This document shows positions 16,927 to 25,978 of a DNA stretch of 45,261 nt, piece after piece; positions within the stretch are counted from its first letter, which is position 1, and each line of letters opens with the position of its first letter. The translations under genes were made by a program, and so were the position numbers. The stretch lies in contig JAZQTI010000101.1 in assembly GCA_045630665.1 (NCBI GenBank), positions 1 to 45,261 of the forward strand. Reading direction: 5' to 3'. Under the pieces are notes generated by a model. That model made no database searches and was not told where the DNA came from. It saw only the letters and a list, made by a program, of their open reading frames with translations. This DNA comes from Candidatus Scatovivens sp. GTDB taxonomy: Bacteria > Bacillota > Clostridia > TANB77 > CAG-508.

Positions 16927-18072
16927 ATGTCAAATTTAAGAATGGATTTTACTGTAAGTAAAAATGCAGTAGTGTGTAACATGCTAAATGGAGAAATTCA
17001 AGGTAGAATGAGATCTAGAAAAAATCCTGCTTTGAAAAAAGAGTACAGAGAAAGAGGAATAATCGATTCAACACCAGCTATAACAAGATTTATACTTAAT
17101 CACCCAAGAGTTTTCGGTAATGATAAATTAATTCATGGAGATGGTTCTAACTTTTTTGAAGGAATTTTACCAGTATATTCAGATCCTTCAAATGTTTCTT
17201 GTAGAGAAACATTAAGAAACAGAATGAAATATGAATATGATTTAACAGATGCAGAATTAGTAGGTATGGAAAGATTTTTTGATGACTTTCAAACATTAGC
17301 AGATACACCAGAGATTCAAAAAATAGTAAGTGACACAGAAGATTATAAAGAATCTATAGAAGATGCTTGGAGAGCAAGTGAAGCTTCTATTATGAAATAC
17401 ATAAGAAATGTATTAGGTTATGAACCAGAAAAAGTAGGAGATGTAAGAGCTTTTATAATGTATCCTACATTTGATGTGCATAGATGTTCTCAAGAAAGTA
17501 ACAGAACAAGTTTATTTTTTGCTAGAAGAAATGATAATGATATAAATAAAATTCTAGCTTATTTTACACATCAAGCAGTTCATCAACCTTTATTACCATA
17601 TAAAAATTCAATGACTAAAAAAGAAAAAGAAGAATATCATGCATTCATAAAATTCTTAACAGACAAAGATGTATATTATCAACTTTCAGGAAAAAGTTAT
17701 TTAGATATAGTAACACAAAATGAAAATCCTGAAGTAATGGGAAAAGTATATCCATTTTGGCTTGGTTATAGATATAGAAATGCTGATAAAGAAGGTCAAA
17801 GTTCAGTAGAACAAATAAAAATGGCAATACAAAGAGATAAAGATTATTATGATAGTTTGCCAGAAAATTCAAGAAAAAAATCATTATATTCTACATATGA
17901 ATTTGAAAAATTAGATCCTGAAAAAATTGCAATTTTATTTAGAGAAAAAAGAGGTATAACACCATATCAATTTGCAAAAACAGATTTTTCTAGAAAAGAA
18001 TTAGTTTATAAAGACAGATATATAAGTAACACAAGAAAAGTATTTTCTCAAGGAGATGAAGAAAGAAGATAA
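16927..18072 (+). CDS. Hypothetical cytoplasmic protein, 381 aa
   Basis: Long ORF with host composition and RBS AGGAGG 7 nt upstream. I recognise no motif. Confidence 0.7.
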   Translation: MSNLRMDFTVSKNAVVCNMLNGEIQGRMRSRKNPALKKEYRERGIIDSTPAITRFILNHPRVFGNDKLIHGDGSNFFEGILPVYSDPSNVSCRETLRNRMKYEYDLTDAELVGMERFFDDFQTLADTPEIQKIVSDTEDYKESIEDAWRASEASIMKYIRNVLGYEPEKVGDVRAFIMYPTFDVHRCSQESNRTSLFFARRNDNDINKILAYFTHQAVHQPLLPYKNSMTKKEKEEYHAFIKFLTDKDVYYQLSGKSYLDIVTQNENPEVMGKVYPFWLGYRYRNADKEGQSSVEQIKMAIQRDKDYYDSLPENSRKKSLYSTYEFEKLDPEKIAILFREKRGITPYQFAKTDFSRKELVYKDRYISNTRKVFSQGDEERR

Positions 18073-18077
18073 TATAA

Positions 18078-18108
18078 AAGAGTTCGAGTTTTTCGAACTC
18101 TTTTTTGT
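18078..18108 (+). terminator. Intrinsic terminator
   Basis: AAGAGTTCGA, loop GTTTT, TCGAACTCTT, then TTTT. Confidence 0.8.
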
Positions 18109-18173
18109 TTAAATCGCTTGCCTAAAAAAATAATTATTGATATCATTTTTATAGAAATTTATAAGAGGGTATT

Positions 18174-19181
18174 ATGGCAAGAAAAAAGAAATTTTTAAAT
18201 AAAAAAATGAAAAAAACTTTAGTAAGTATACTTGTTTTAGCAATATTATTTGTATTAGCTGAATTTGGAGTTTTAGAAAAAATAGATAATGCAATAGCTA
18301 ATACAGGACTTGCTGATGTGGTTGATACTTCAGATACATCAACTGTTTCTACAATACCACAAGTAAAAGAAAATGTAGAAATAATTGAAAAGGTTTCTGA
18401 AAATATTATTGTAGATTCAAATAAATTAAATATTGTATTTTTAGATGTAGGACAAGCTGATTCTCAAGTTATTTTATATAAGGGGAAATCAATATTAATA
18501 GATGCTGGTAATTCAAATGATGGTGAATACATTGTAAATGGAATAAAAGGTTTGGGAATAGAAAGAATTGACTATGTAATAGGAACTCATGTACATGAAG
18601 ATCATATTGGTGGTATGCATGAAATTATAGATTCTTTTGAAATCGGAAAATTCTATTTACCATACAATACAACAAGTACATCAAACTATTATAAAAAATT
18701 ATTAACCTCATTAACAAATAAAGAGTTAGGAATTACAGAAGCAATAATTGGGGATAAGATTGTGATTGAAGATATTACTTTTGAAATAATGTCTGTAGAC
18801 AATCAAGAACCAGAAAATGCTAATTTATCTTCTATCGTTTTAGAACTAACATATGGTGATATGAAATATTTATTTATGGGTGATGCAGAAAAAGAAAATG
18901 AAGAAGCAAGGAATTGGAATGATGTGGATGTTTTAAAAGTAGGACATCATGGTTCTAATACAAGCTCTACTGAAATATTTTTGAATCAAGTATTACCTGA
19001 AATATCAGTGATTTCTGTTGGAGAAGGAAATAGCTATGAACTTCCAAAATCTAAAATTTTAAAGAGATTAGAAAAAATAGGAAGTACAATTTATAGAACA
19101 GACAAAGATGGAACACTTCAAATTATAAGTGATGGAAAAACAAATGAAATTGTAAAAATAGATATAAGCTTTGACGGATAA
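18174..19181 (+). CDS. Membrane-anchored ComEC/Rec2-related metallo-beta-lactamase-fold hydrolase
   Basis: N-terminal TM segment. FLDVGQADS, GTHVHEDHIGG and VLKVGHHGSNTSS are motifs typical of the ComEC C-terminal MBL domain. Confidence 0.8.
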   Translation: MARKKKFLNKKMKKTLVSILVLAILFVLAEFGVLEKIDNAIANTGLADVVDTSDTSTVSTIPQVKENVEIIEKVSENIIVDSNKLNIVFLDVGQADSQVILYKGKSILIDAGNSNDGEYIVNGIKGLGIERIDYVIGTHVHEDHIGGMHEIIDSFEIGKFYLPYNTTSTSNYYKKLLTSLTNKELGITEAIIGDKIVIEDITFEIMSVDNQEPENANLSSIVLELTYGDMKYLFMGDAEKENEEARNWNDVDVLKVGHHGSNTSSTEIFLNQVLPEISVISVGEGNSYELPKSKILKRLEKIGSTIYRTDKDGTLQIISDGKTNEIVKIDISFDG

Positions 19182-19182
19182 A

Positions 19183-19214
19183 AAATAAACTGGCAATTAT
19201 TTGCCAGTTTATTT
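19183..19214. terminator. Bidirectional terminator
   Basis: AAATAAACTGGCAA, loop TTAT, TTGCCAGTTTATTT. Confidence 0.8.
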
Positions 19215-19528
19215 TATTTTTTATTAAATAAATTGTTTACCATATTTTTTATTTCTTCTTGTTGTTTAGATGTTTGGAATTCTTCTAAAATGTATTTTCC
19301 TTTTTCTAATTTTAAAATAGATCCTTCTTTTACGTTTTCAGGTAAATCAGATATTGGAATATTAATATATTCACCAGTTTGTTTGTTTTCACAAATTGCA
19401 AATTCACCTTCAAATCTATCTATAGAAAATGTTGCACTAGTTTTATTTATATATTCATTTAATTCATTTGAAAATGAACTATTAATTGTAGTATTATTAT
19501 TTTTATTTTCATGTATTTCTAAAGTCAT
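19214..19528 (-). CDS. DUF3006 domain protein
   Basis: IDRFEGEFAICENKQTGEYINIPISDLPENVKEGSIL matches the DUF3006 pattern. This family is often found next to ComEC-like MBL genes. RBS AGGAGG. Confidence 0.7.
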   Translation of the reverse strand: MTLEIHENKNNNTTINSSFSNELNEYINKTSATFSIDRFEGEFAICENKQTGEYINIPISDLPENVKEGSILKLEKGKYILEEFQTSKQQEEIKNMVNNLFNKK

Positions 19529-19631
19529 AAAAACCTCCTATTCATATTTAATATAGCATAAATTATTTTTATTTACAAATAATTTGTTTATTGATAAAAT
19601 ATAAAAAAATTAAAAAAACAAAGGAGAAGAT

Positions 19632-20186
19632 ATGAAAAAAAATATTATTATAATTGTCGTTTCACTTATTATTTTTGTGTTAGCATTGGGATTTTTCTTA
19701 TATACTAGAAATGGAATGAATGTACTAGAAGAAGAGTTAGAAAATACTGTTATTGAAGAAGAATCAAAAACAAAGGATATAGAAAATGTAATGTATAATG
19801 ATTTTACATTATATAAATCTGACAATTCAGAAATAAAATTATCTGATTACAAAGACAAAGCTGTAATGTTATTGTTCTTTAATAAAGATACAGAAGATTC
19901 AATAGAAGTATTAAAAAAAGTAGAATCAATGTATAAAAATTATGAAGACAAAATTCAATTTTTAATGATTAATACAGCAGAAGAGGTTGATGAAAAATTA
20001 GCTAGTGAATATACTATAGAAATTTATTATGATTTTTATAAAGAAGCAGCTAGAACATATAATATAACAGAAACGCCATCAATGATTTATATAAATAAAG
20101 AAAATGAAGTGTTTAATGCAAAAAGTGGTTTTACAACAACAGATGCATTAGAAGCAAATTTAGATATTTTGTCTGAAAATATTTAA
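19632..20186 (+). CDS. Membrane-anchored TlpA/ResA-like thioredoxin-fold protein that lacks the CxxC motif
   Basis: N-terminal TM segment. The fold pattern F.L....G..I.LSDYKDKAV.L.FF...........L is present, but FNKDTEDS replaces W..CPPC. The protein contains no cysteine at all. Confidence 0.6.
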   Translation: MKKNIIIIVVSLIIFVLALGFFLYTRNGMNVLEEELENTVIEEESKTKDIENVMYNDFTLYKSDNSEIKLSDYKDKAVMLLFFNKDTEDSIEVLKKVESMYKNYEDKIQFLMINTAEEVDEKLASEYTIEIYYDFYKEAARTYNITETPSMIYINKENEVFNAKSGFTTTDALEANLDILSENI

Positions 20187-20654
20187 AAATACTTTTGTGT
20201 ATATTATATAAAAAATAAAATCGCAAATAGGGAATGAATATAAAATTCCTTTTGTGTTAAAAAGAATATAACAAATAAAAATTAAAAATATATGAGCAGT
20301 AATTTTTGATAAAACAAGAATTACTGTTTTTTTTGCATTTTTTTGAAATAAAAATGATGGTAGCAAAACTTTTAGACTATATAAGCTACTTGAAATAAAT
20401 AGAATTTTAGATGCATAAACTGCGTAATTAATAACACCAATTGTATCTGTGAAAATTGAGAAAATTTTATCGGAAAAAATATATACAAACATAGATAATA
20501 AGATTTCTATAATCGTTGCAGCAATTATAGAAATCAAGAAAGTATTTTTGTTATAAATACATTTTTTAAAAGAAATGCAAATAATAGGGAAAAGCATAAA
20601 TGTATATATTATTAAGTTAAGTAATAAACCTTGAATTTGTACTTGATTAAACAT
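20160..20654 (-). CDS. Hypothetical polytopic membrane protein (possibly a remnant of a larger transporter)
   Basis: RBS AGGAGA upstream of the ATG at 20654. Four or five hydrophobic segments. The 3' end overlaps the convergent gene by 27 nt. The transporter-fragment idea is only an impression. Confidence 0.45.
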   Translation of the reverse strand: MFNQVQIQGLLLNLIIYTFMLFPIICISFKKCIYNKNTFLISIIAATIIEILLSMFVYIFSDKIFSIFTDTIGVINYAVYASKILFISSSLYSLKVLLPSFLFQKNAKKTVILVLSKITAHIFLIFICYILFNTKGILYSFPICDFIFYIIYTKVFLNIFRQNI

Positions 20655-20890
20655 ATATTTCTCCTAAACTTTATATAAAAAAATTTACCACAAAAACTAT
20701 ATAAAGTCAAAATAAAACGAGAATTATAATTAATGAATTTTGAGAAAAAATGATGAATTTAAATTGGGAAATAAACAGATATTTAGAATAAATTAAGTGA
20801 TATTTTTAATGAAAGAAGAAATATTTGAAATGTATAAATTAAAAAGATTAATAGAATAATTAATAATTTTAAAAAAATATAAAAAAACGC

Positions 20891-20919
20891 TTGCAAAATA
20901 AAATGTTATATATTAAAAT
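20891..20919 (+). promoter_or_regulatory. dcw (mraZ) promoter
   Basis: TTGCAA (20891-20896), 17-nt spacer, TAAAAT (20914-20919). Confidence 0.65.
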
Positions 20920-20925
20920 TTAATT

Positions 20926-20952
20926 GAAGTGGAGAAAAGTGGAATAAAGTGG
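20926..20952 (+). promoter_or_regulatory. MraZ operator: three direct (A/G)AAGTGG repeats with 10-bp periodicity
   Basis: GAAGTGG (20926-20932), AAAGTGG (20936-20942) and AAAGTGG (20946-20952) lie just downstream of the -10 box. This is the arrangement described for MraZ autoregulation. Confidence 0.75.
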
Positions 20953-20978
20953 TAGAAAAAGGAAAGGAGTTGTAGCCA

Positions 20979-21404
20979 TTGTTAATTGGTGAATATGAGC
21001 ATTCTCTAGATGCTAAAGGCAGATTAATAATGCCTGCAAAACTTAGAGAAGACATTGGTGAAAAGTTCATAATAACAAAAGGTTTAGATGGTTGCTTATT
21101 TGCTTTTTCTATTGAGGAGTGGAAGAATTTTGAACAAAAATTAAGATCACTTCCAATTTCTAACAAAGATGCCAGAGCTTTCTCAAGATTTTTCTTCGCT
21201 GGTGCTATGGATTGTGAAATCGATAAGCAAGGGAGGTTCCTAATTTCAGGAAACTTAAGAGAATTTGCCGGACTTACAAAAGAAGTTGTAATAGTTGGTA
21301 TGGACTCTAGAATTGAAATTTGGAGTAAAGAAAAATGGCAACAATGTGATAACGAAATTTCTGCAGATGAAATTGCAGAAAAAATGGAAATGCTTGGTAT
21401 ATAA
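20979..21404 (+). CDS. mraZ: Transcriptional regulator MraZ
   Basis: TTG start 8 nt after [30 protein letters not shown] and a second [14 protein letters not shown] half form the duplicated SpoVT-AbrB motif. Confidence 0.9.
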   Translation: MLIGEYEHSLDAKGRLIMPAKLREDIGEKFIITKGLDGCLFAFSIEEWKNFEQKLRSLPISNKDARAFSRFFFAGAMDCEIDKQGRFLISGNLREFAGLTKEVVIVGMDSRIEIWSKEKWQQCDNEISADEIAEKMEMLGI

Positions 21405-21427
21405 CTTGCTAAAGTTTATATAAAAAG

Positions 21428-21650
21428 CCAAAGATAAAATTTTAAGATACAAAAGAAAAAAGTACAAAAGAAAAAATTTACAAAAGATAAATCTTTAGAA
21501 AAAACTAAAGAATAAGATGGTATACAAAAGAAATTTTGTCATACTAAAGAAAAAATATATAATTTACCAAGGTAAAAAATATATAATACAAAAGAAAAAA
21601 TATTAAAAAACCAAAGATAAAAAATTAAATTACAAAAGACAAAGTTACAA
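21428..21650 (+). repeat. Array of short A-rich direct repeats (core TACAAAAGA, variant CCAAAGATA) in the mraZ-rsmH spacer
   Basis: Exact TACAAAAGA occurs at 21448, 21463, 21479, 21523, 21587 and 21631. CCAAAGATAAAA occurs at 21428 and 21611. ACTAAAGAA occurs at 21505 and 21543. Confidence 0.7.
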
Positions 21651-21728
21651 TTAAGCAGGACAGTTGGTATAAAAATACCAACTGTTTATGCTAATTGGAA
21701 GAAAAAATTTTATCATGAGGGTAACAAT

Positions 21729-22655
21729 TTGGAATTTAATCATAAGTCAGTAATGCTAGAAGAATGCATCCAAGGTCTTAACATAAAACCAGATGGAATT
21801 TATGTTGATGGAACTATGGGTGGTGCTGGACACAGCAAAGAAATCGCCAAAAAAATATCAGAAAAAGGGCTTCTTATCGGAATTGATAGAGATCAAGAAG
21901 CTATTTGTGTTGCAAAGGAACGTTTAAATGAATTTAATAACGTTAAATTTGTGCATGATAATCATGATAATATAAAAGCTATTTTAGAAAATCTTGATAT
22001 TTCAGGAGTTGATGGTATTTTATTAGATTTAGGAGTTTCTTCGTATCAACTTGATGAAAGAAATAGAGGTTTTAGTTATATGGGAAGTGGTGAGCTTGAT
22101 ATGAGAATGGATCAAACTCAAACTTTGACTGCAAAAATTGTTGTAAATACATATAAAGAAGAGGATTTAGCAAAAATAATTTTTGAATATGGAGAAGAAA
22201 AGTTTTCACGTCCTATAGCTAGAAAAATTGTAGAATATAGAAAAACAAAAGAAATAGAAACAACAGAAGAATTAGTAAATATTATTGAAGAAGTTCTTCC
22301 AAGAAGAAAAGGAGAAGGACATCCTGCTAAAAGAACTTTTCAAGCAATAAGAATAGAAGTAAATGATGAAATAAAACCATTATATAATACTGTAATGGAT
22401 TCAATAGATGCACTAAAACCTGGTGGAAGACTTTGTATATTAACATTTCATTCTTTAGAAGATAGAGCAGTAAAAAATGCTTTTAATGATGCTGCTGGAA
22501 AATGTATATGCCCACCTGGATTACCATATTGTGTTTGTGGTGCTGTAACAAAAGGTAAAGTTATTACAAGAAAACCAATGTTACCAACAGATGAAGAAAT
22601 GGATGAAAATTCAAGAAGTAAAAGTGCAAAATTAAGAATATTTGAGAAAAAATAA
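21729..22655 (+). CDS. rsmH: 16S rRNA (cytosine1402-N4)-methyltransferase
   Basis: HKSVMLEECI...GIYVDGTMGGAGHS, LLDLGVSSYQLD, EDRAVKN and SAKLR are canonical RsmH motifs. The start is a probable TTG. Confidence 0.9.
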   Translation: MEFNHKSVMLEECIQGLNIKPDGIYVDGTMGGAGHSKEIAKKISEKGLLIGIDRDQEAICVAKERLNEFNNVKFVHDNHDNIKAILENLDISGVDGILLDLGVSSYQLDERNRGFSYMGSGELDMRMDQTQTLTAKIVVNTYKEEDLAKIIFEYGEEKFSRPIARKIVEYRKTKEIETTEELVNIIEEVLPRRKGEGHPAKRTFQAIRIEVNDEIKPLYNTVMDSIDALKPGGRLCILTFHSLEDRAVKNAFNDAAGKCICPPGLPYCVCGAVTKGKVITRKPMLPTDEEMDENSRSKSAKLRIFEKK

Positions 22656-22692
22656 ATTATTATAAAAATACTAAAGAAAGGAGGAAAACATT

Positions 22693-23271
22693 ATGCCGCT
22701 AAGACAATATTCATATCAATATGAAACTAGTCCTAGAAAAGTTAGACCTGAATATGATAAACCAAAGAAAACTTCTAGTTATAATAAAAACAAAACAAAA
22801 TCTAAACCAAAAGCTAAAAAAGTAACAACAAAGAAAAAAGAAAATATTGTAGAAAACAGTAAGAAAAAACAAGAAGACTTAAAATCAAAGAATGCATTAA
22901 TTACTAGAGCAAAAGTTTCTCTATTTTTAAAATGTATGATATTGTTTGCAATAATGTTTTTCATGGTTTATAGAAATTCCAAAATTAGTGAATCATTCTC
23001 ACAAATTCAAGCTTTACAGGCACAAATAACTGAAATACAAAAAGAAAATGATCAAATAGAAATAAATATTCAAAACAGTATTAATTTAAATAATATTGAA
23101 CAATCTGCAAAAGTATTACTTGGAATGCAAAAATTAACAAATAAACAAACATTTTATATTAATCTTCCAAAAAAAGATTATGTTGAAGCAAGAACAGAAA
23201 AAGTTATAATTGAAGAAGAAAACTCAAATTGGATTGAGAAAACAATAGAAAAAATAAAAGATATTTTTTAA
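22693..23271 (+). CDS. ftsL: FtsL-like cell-division protein (Lys-rich N-terminus, one TM segment, coiled coil)
   Basis: The gene sits between rsmH and the class B PBP. Its topology is basic tail, TM segment (LFLKCMILFAIMFFMV), then a heptad-rich segment. RBS AGGAGG. Confidence 0.65.
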   Translation: MPLRQYSYQYETSPRKVRPEYDKPKKTSSYNKNKTKSKPKAKKVTTKKKENIVENSKKKQEDLKSKNALITRAKVSLFLKCMILFAIMFFMVYRNSKISESFSQIQALQAQITEIQKENDQIEINIQNSINLNNIEQSAKVLLGMQKLTNKQTFYINLPKKDYVEARTEKVIIEEENSNWIEKTIEKIKDIF

Positions 23272-23308
23272 GACGGATAATAGAAAAATAAATTATCTGT
23301 CTTTTTTT
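23271..23308 (+). terminator. Hairpin plus T-tract between ftsL and the PBP gene
   Basis: AGACGGATAAT pairs with ATTATCTGTCT (one G-T pair), followed by TTTTTTT. Confidence 0.6.
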
Positions 23309-23367
23309 GTGCAAAATTCTTTTTTTAAAAAATCTGAATAAGATTTATAAAATCGAATTAGGAGAGA

Positions 23368-25161
23368 ATGATGCAAAAAAGAAATTTGGATTCTAAAAAA
23401 AGAATAATGTTACTACTTTATGCAGTAATTATTTTATGGATTATTGTTATTATAAGAGTTGCAATAATTCAACTTGTTGAAGGAGAAAAATGGAAAAATA
23501 AATCAGAAGAACAACAATATGTAAGTAGAAGTATAACAGCAGGTAGAGGTACAATTTATGATACGAGTGGGAAAATAGTTTTAGCCCAAAGTAGTACTGT
23601 CCAAACTGTTACAATTAATCCAACAAATATTCCAAAAGAAAATAGAGAAATTGTAGCAAAAAAATTATCTGAGATTTTTGAGTTAGAATATGAGAAAATT
23701 TTAAAAAAAGTTAATAAAAATAGCTCAATCGAAACAATTATAAAAAGGGTTGACAAAGAAAAAACAGATGAACTCAGAAAATGGATGGAAGAAAAAAGTA
23801 TATTTACAGGAATAAATATTGATGAAGACACAAAAAGATATTATCCATATTCGAGTTTAGCGTCTCATATAATTGGATTTGTTGGAAGTGATAATCAAGG
23901 ATTGGATGGTATTGAAGCTAAATATAATAAAGTATTAACTGGAGAAAATGGAAGTATTAGCAAGATGCTTGATGCTAAAGGGAATATTATAGAAAATACA
24001 GGTGAAGAATATGAAAAATCTATGCAAGGGAATAATTTGATTTTAACAATAGATATGAATATTCAAGCCATTGTTGAAAAATATTTAGAAGAAGCATGTA
24101 TAGAAAATATTTGTACAAATGGAGGAAATGTAATTATAATGAATCCTAAAAATGGAGATGTTTTAGCAATGGCAACATATCCTTTCTATGATTTGAATAA
24201 TCCATATGAAATAAATAATATGGATTTGAAAGAAATATGGAGTGAATTAGATACGACACAAAAGTCATTATATTTACAAGGAATGTGGAGAAATAAAGCT
24301 GTAGCAGATACTTATGAACCGGGATCTACATTTAAATTAGTTACAGCATCAGCTGCAATAGAAGAAGGAATTGCAAGTCCGGATAAATCGGGAAGTTTTT
24401 TGTGTACAGGTGGAATTGAGGTGGCTAAAGTAAGAATAAAATGCTGGAGATATTATAGACCTCATGGTAGTCAGAGTTTAAGAGAAGGACTGATGAATTC
24501 GTGTAATCCAGTATTTATTGGATTAGGTCAAAAAATTGGGGTTTCTAAATATTATAATTATTTAGAAAAATTTGGTTTTTTGAAAAAAACTGGTATAGAT
24601 TTAATTGGAGAAGCTAATTCAATATTTTTAAAAGAAGAAAAAGTTGGACCAGTAGAACTTGCAACTATAAGTTTTGGTCAAAGATTTGAAGTTACACCAA
24701 TCCAAATGATTACTATGGTATCAACAATTGCTAATAAAGGAGTATATATAAAACCTCGAGTTGTAAGAGCAATTCAAAATCCAATAACAGAAGAAACACA
24801 AGAAATAGAAGTAGAATATGGAGAAAGAACTATATCAGAAAGAACTGCAGAATCAGTTTTAAGTATGATGACATCAGTGGTTTCAGAAGGAACTGGAAAA
24901 AATGCTAGAGTACAAGGATATAATGTCGGAGGAAAAACAGGAACTTCTGAAGATGGAGTAAATACTGGAAAATATGTAACATCTTTTATAGGTGTAGCTC
25001 CGACAGACGATCCAAGTATTTGTATTTTAGTTACTTTGTATAATCCAACAGGAGAAGCAGGTCATCAAGGTGGAACTGTTGCTGCACCAGTAGCAGGAAA
25101 AATTTTAAATGAAGTTATAAATTATCTAGAAATACCAACAAAAAGTGAGGTAGATACTTGA
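23368..25161 (+). CDS. Class B penicillin-binding protein (FtsI/PBP2B/SpoVD type transpeptidase)
   Basis: N-terminal TM segment and a dimerisation domain. Motifs STFK (GSTFKLV), SxN (NSCNP) and KTG (GGKTGTS). The alternative start ATG at 23371 is slightly better spaced from GGAG. Confidence 0.9.
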   Translation: MMQKRNLDSKKRIMLLLYAVIILWIIVIIRVAIIQLVEGEKWKNKSEEQQYVSRSITAGRGTIYDTSGKIVLAQSSTVQTVTINPTNIPKENREIVAKKLSEIFELEYEKILKKVNKNSSIETIIKRVDKEKTDELRKWMEEKSIFTGINIDEDTKRYYPYSSLASHIIGFVGSDNQGLDGIEAKYNKVLTGENGSISKMLDAKGNIIENTGEEYEKSMQGNNLILTIDMNIQAIVEKYLEEACIENICTNGGNVIIMNPKNGDVLAMATYPFYDLNNPYEINNMDLKEIWSELDTTQKSLYLQGMWRNKAVADTYEPGSTFKLVTASAAIEEGIASPDKSGSFLCTGGIEVAKVRIKCWRYYRPHGSQSLREGLMNSCNPVFIGLGQKIGVSKYYNYLEKFGFLKKTGIDLIGEANSIFLKEEKVGPVELATISFGQRFEVTPIQMITMVSTIANKGVYIKPRVVRAIQNPITEETQEIEVEYGERTISERTAESVLSMMTSVVSEGTGKNARVQGYNVGGKTGTSEDGVNTGKYVTSFIGVAPTDDPSICILVTLYNPTGEAGHQGGTVAAPVAGKILNEVINYLEIPTKSEVDT

Positions 25162-25186
25162 AAAAAAGCCTAAAAAGCTGTATAAT
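25158..25186 (+). promoter_or_regulatory. Sigma-A-type promoter driving GC-rich island C; its -35 box overlaps the PBP stop codon
   Basis: TTGAAA (25158-25163; the PBP stop TGA is at 25159-25161), 17-nt spacer ending in CTG, TATAAT (25181-25186). Confidence 0.65.
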
Positions 25187-25239
25187 GCTAGATGGCAAAA
25201 CATTTTGTTCTCATAAAATTTGCAATGGAGGTAAGCATT

Positions 25240-25965
25240 ATGGATGAGAATCGTGTGTTCGAATTGCGCGTTCCTGAAGGCGCAGTAGTCAAAGACGTGA
25301 AATTCAATCCATATTGGGGCTTTGTCGCAGCAACGATGGAGGTCCTAGGGATTGCAATCACGTTTATCCGGACTGACTTCATAAAAGAGGTCAGGAGAGT
25401 CACATGGGATATGTCAGAAGTCCTTTCGGTATCTGATTACCATGAAGTGTTACCCAGTGTGGTTACCAAAAGTATCGAGAAATGCAAAGGAATTTTCATT
25501 TCCAGAGACTTTGCGATGGTGGACCCTGAGCTGGGAGAACTGGTTCCCAATTCTGGAGTTGTCAAAAGAGGTATGTGCTTCGATGAAGCCCCAAATGCTC
25601 TTCTGGAAATTCCCGGGATGGAAGCAAGTTTGCTTTATGGTGCGGTATATGATACCATTGGAAGATGGCTTATCGCAACCAAATCTCTTTCTTATGATGA
25701 ATGGGTCAACAGCCCTACAACTAAGAAAGAACAAGATGCAATTCTGGATCGAGAATGCGGCAACTGGACGATTCGAGAACTCTTCGGAGATATTTTCGAT
25801 ACTGAGTGGACAATGGAGTCCTATCAGCAGTATGCTGTGGCAAGAGAAGGAACACCGTTTTCCGACGGTGAAGCACTTTACCCCGCAAGAAAGCGGTATA
25901 CTTATCAAACCTGGATGAAACATTCCAAAGCAGCGGTAAGAACAATGTGGTCGTTTAAGGAGTGA
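25240..25965 (+). CDS. Hypothetical protein, 241 aa (island C; compositionally foreign, inside the dcw cluster)
   Basis: The ATG at 25240 lies 8 nt after GGAGG (25227-25231). The ORF is uninterrupted. G+C is 29/60 in nt 25261-25320, against 14/60 in murE nt 26221-26280. I recognise no family motif. Confidence 0.7.
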   Translation: MDENRVFELRVPEGAVVKDVKFNPYWGFVAATMEVLGIAITFIRTDFIKEVRRVTWDMSEVLSVSDYHEVLPSVVTKSIEKCKGIFISRDFAMVDPELGELVPNSGVVKRGMCFDEAPNALLEIPGMEASLLYGAVYDTIGRWLIATKSLSYDEWVNSPTTKKEQDAILDRECGNWTIRELFGDIFDTEWTMESYQQYAVAREGTPFSDGEALYPARKRYTYQTWMKHSKAAVRTMWSFKE

Positions 25966-25978
25966 GAGACACAAGCAA

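Noticed and set aside
16698-16961. 87-aa ORF upstream of and overlapping the 381-aa gene.
   Set aside because: It has no RBS and a lysine-rich, low-complexity translation of AT-rich promoter DNA. It also runs across the promoter, RBS and start of the next gene.
21428-21650. The repeat array between mraZ and rsmH, considered as a possible CRISPR or mini-CRISPR.
   Set aside because: The repeat core is only 9 nt and the spacing is irregular (15-64 nt). There are no unique spacers of uniform length, no palindromic repeat and no cas genes.
25442-25974. Three additional long ORFs inside island C: 158 aa on the + strand, and 174 aa and 74 aa on the - strand.
   Set aside because: No RBS precedes any of them. 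The higher G+C of the island reduces the stop-codon frequency in off-frames. Only the 25240 frame has an SD-ATG pair and spans the whole module. The same reasoning applies to 11314-11502, 11483-11698 and 11852-12037 in island A, 15351-15734 and 15472-15693 in island B, and 44748-44957 in island D.
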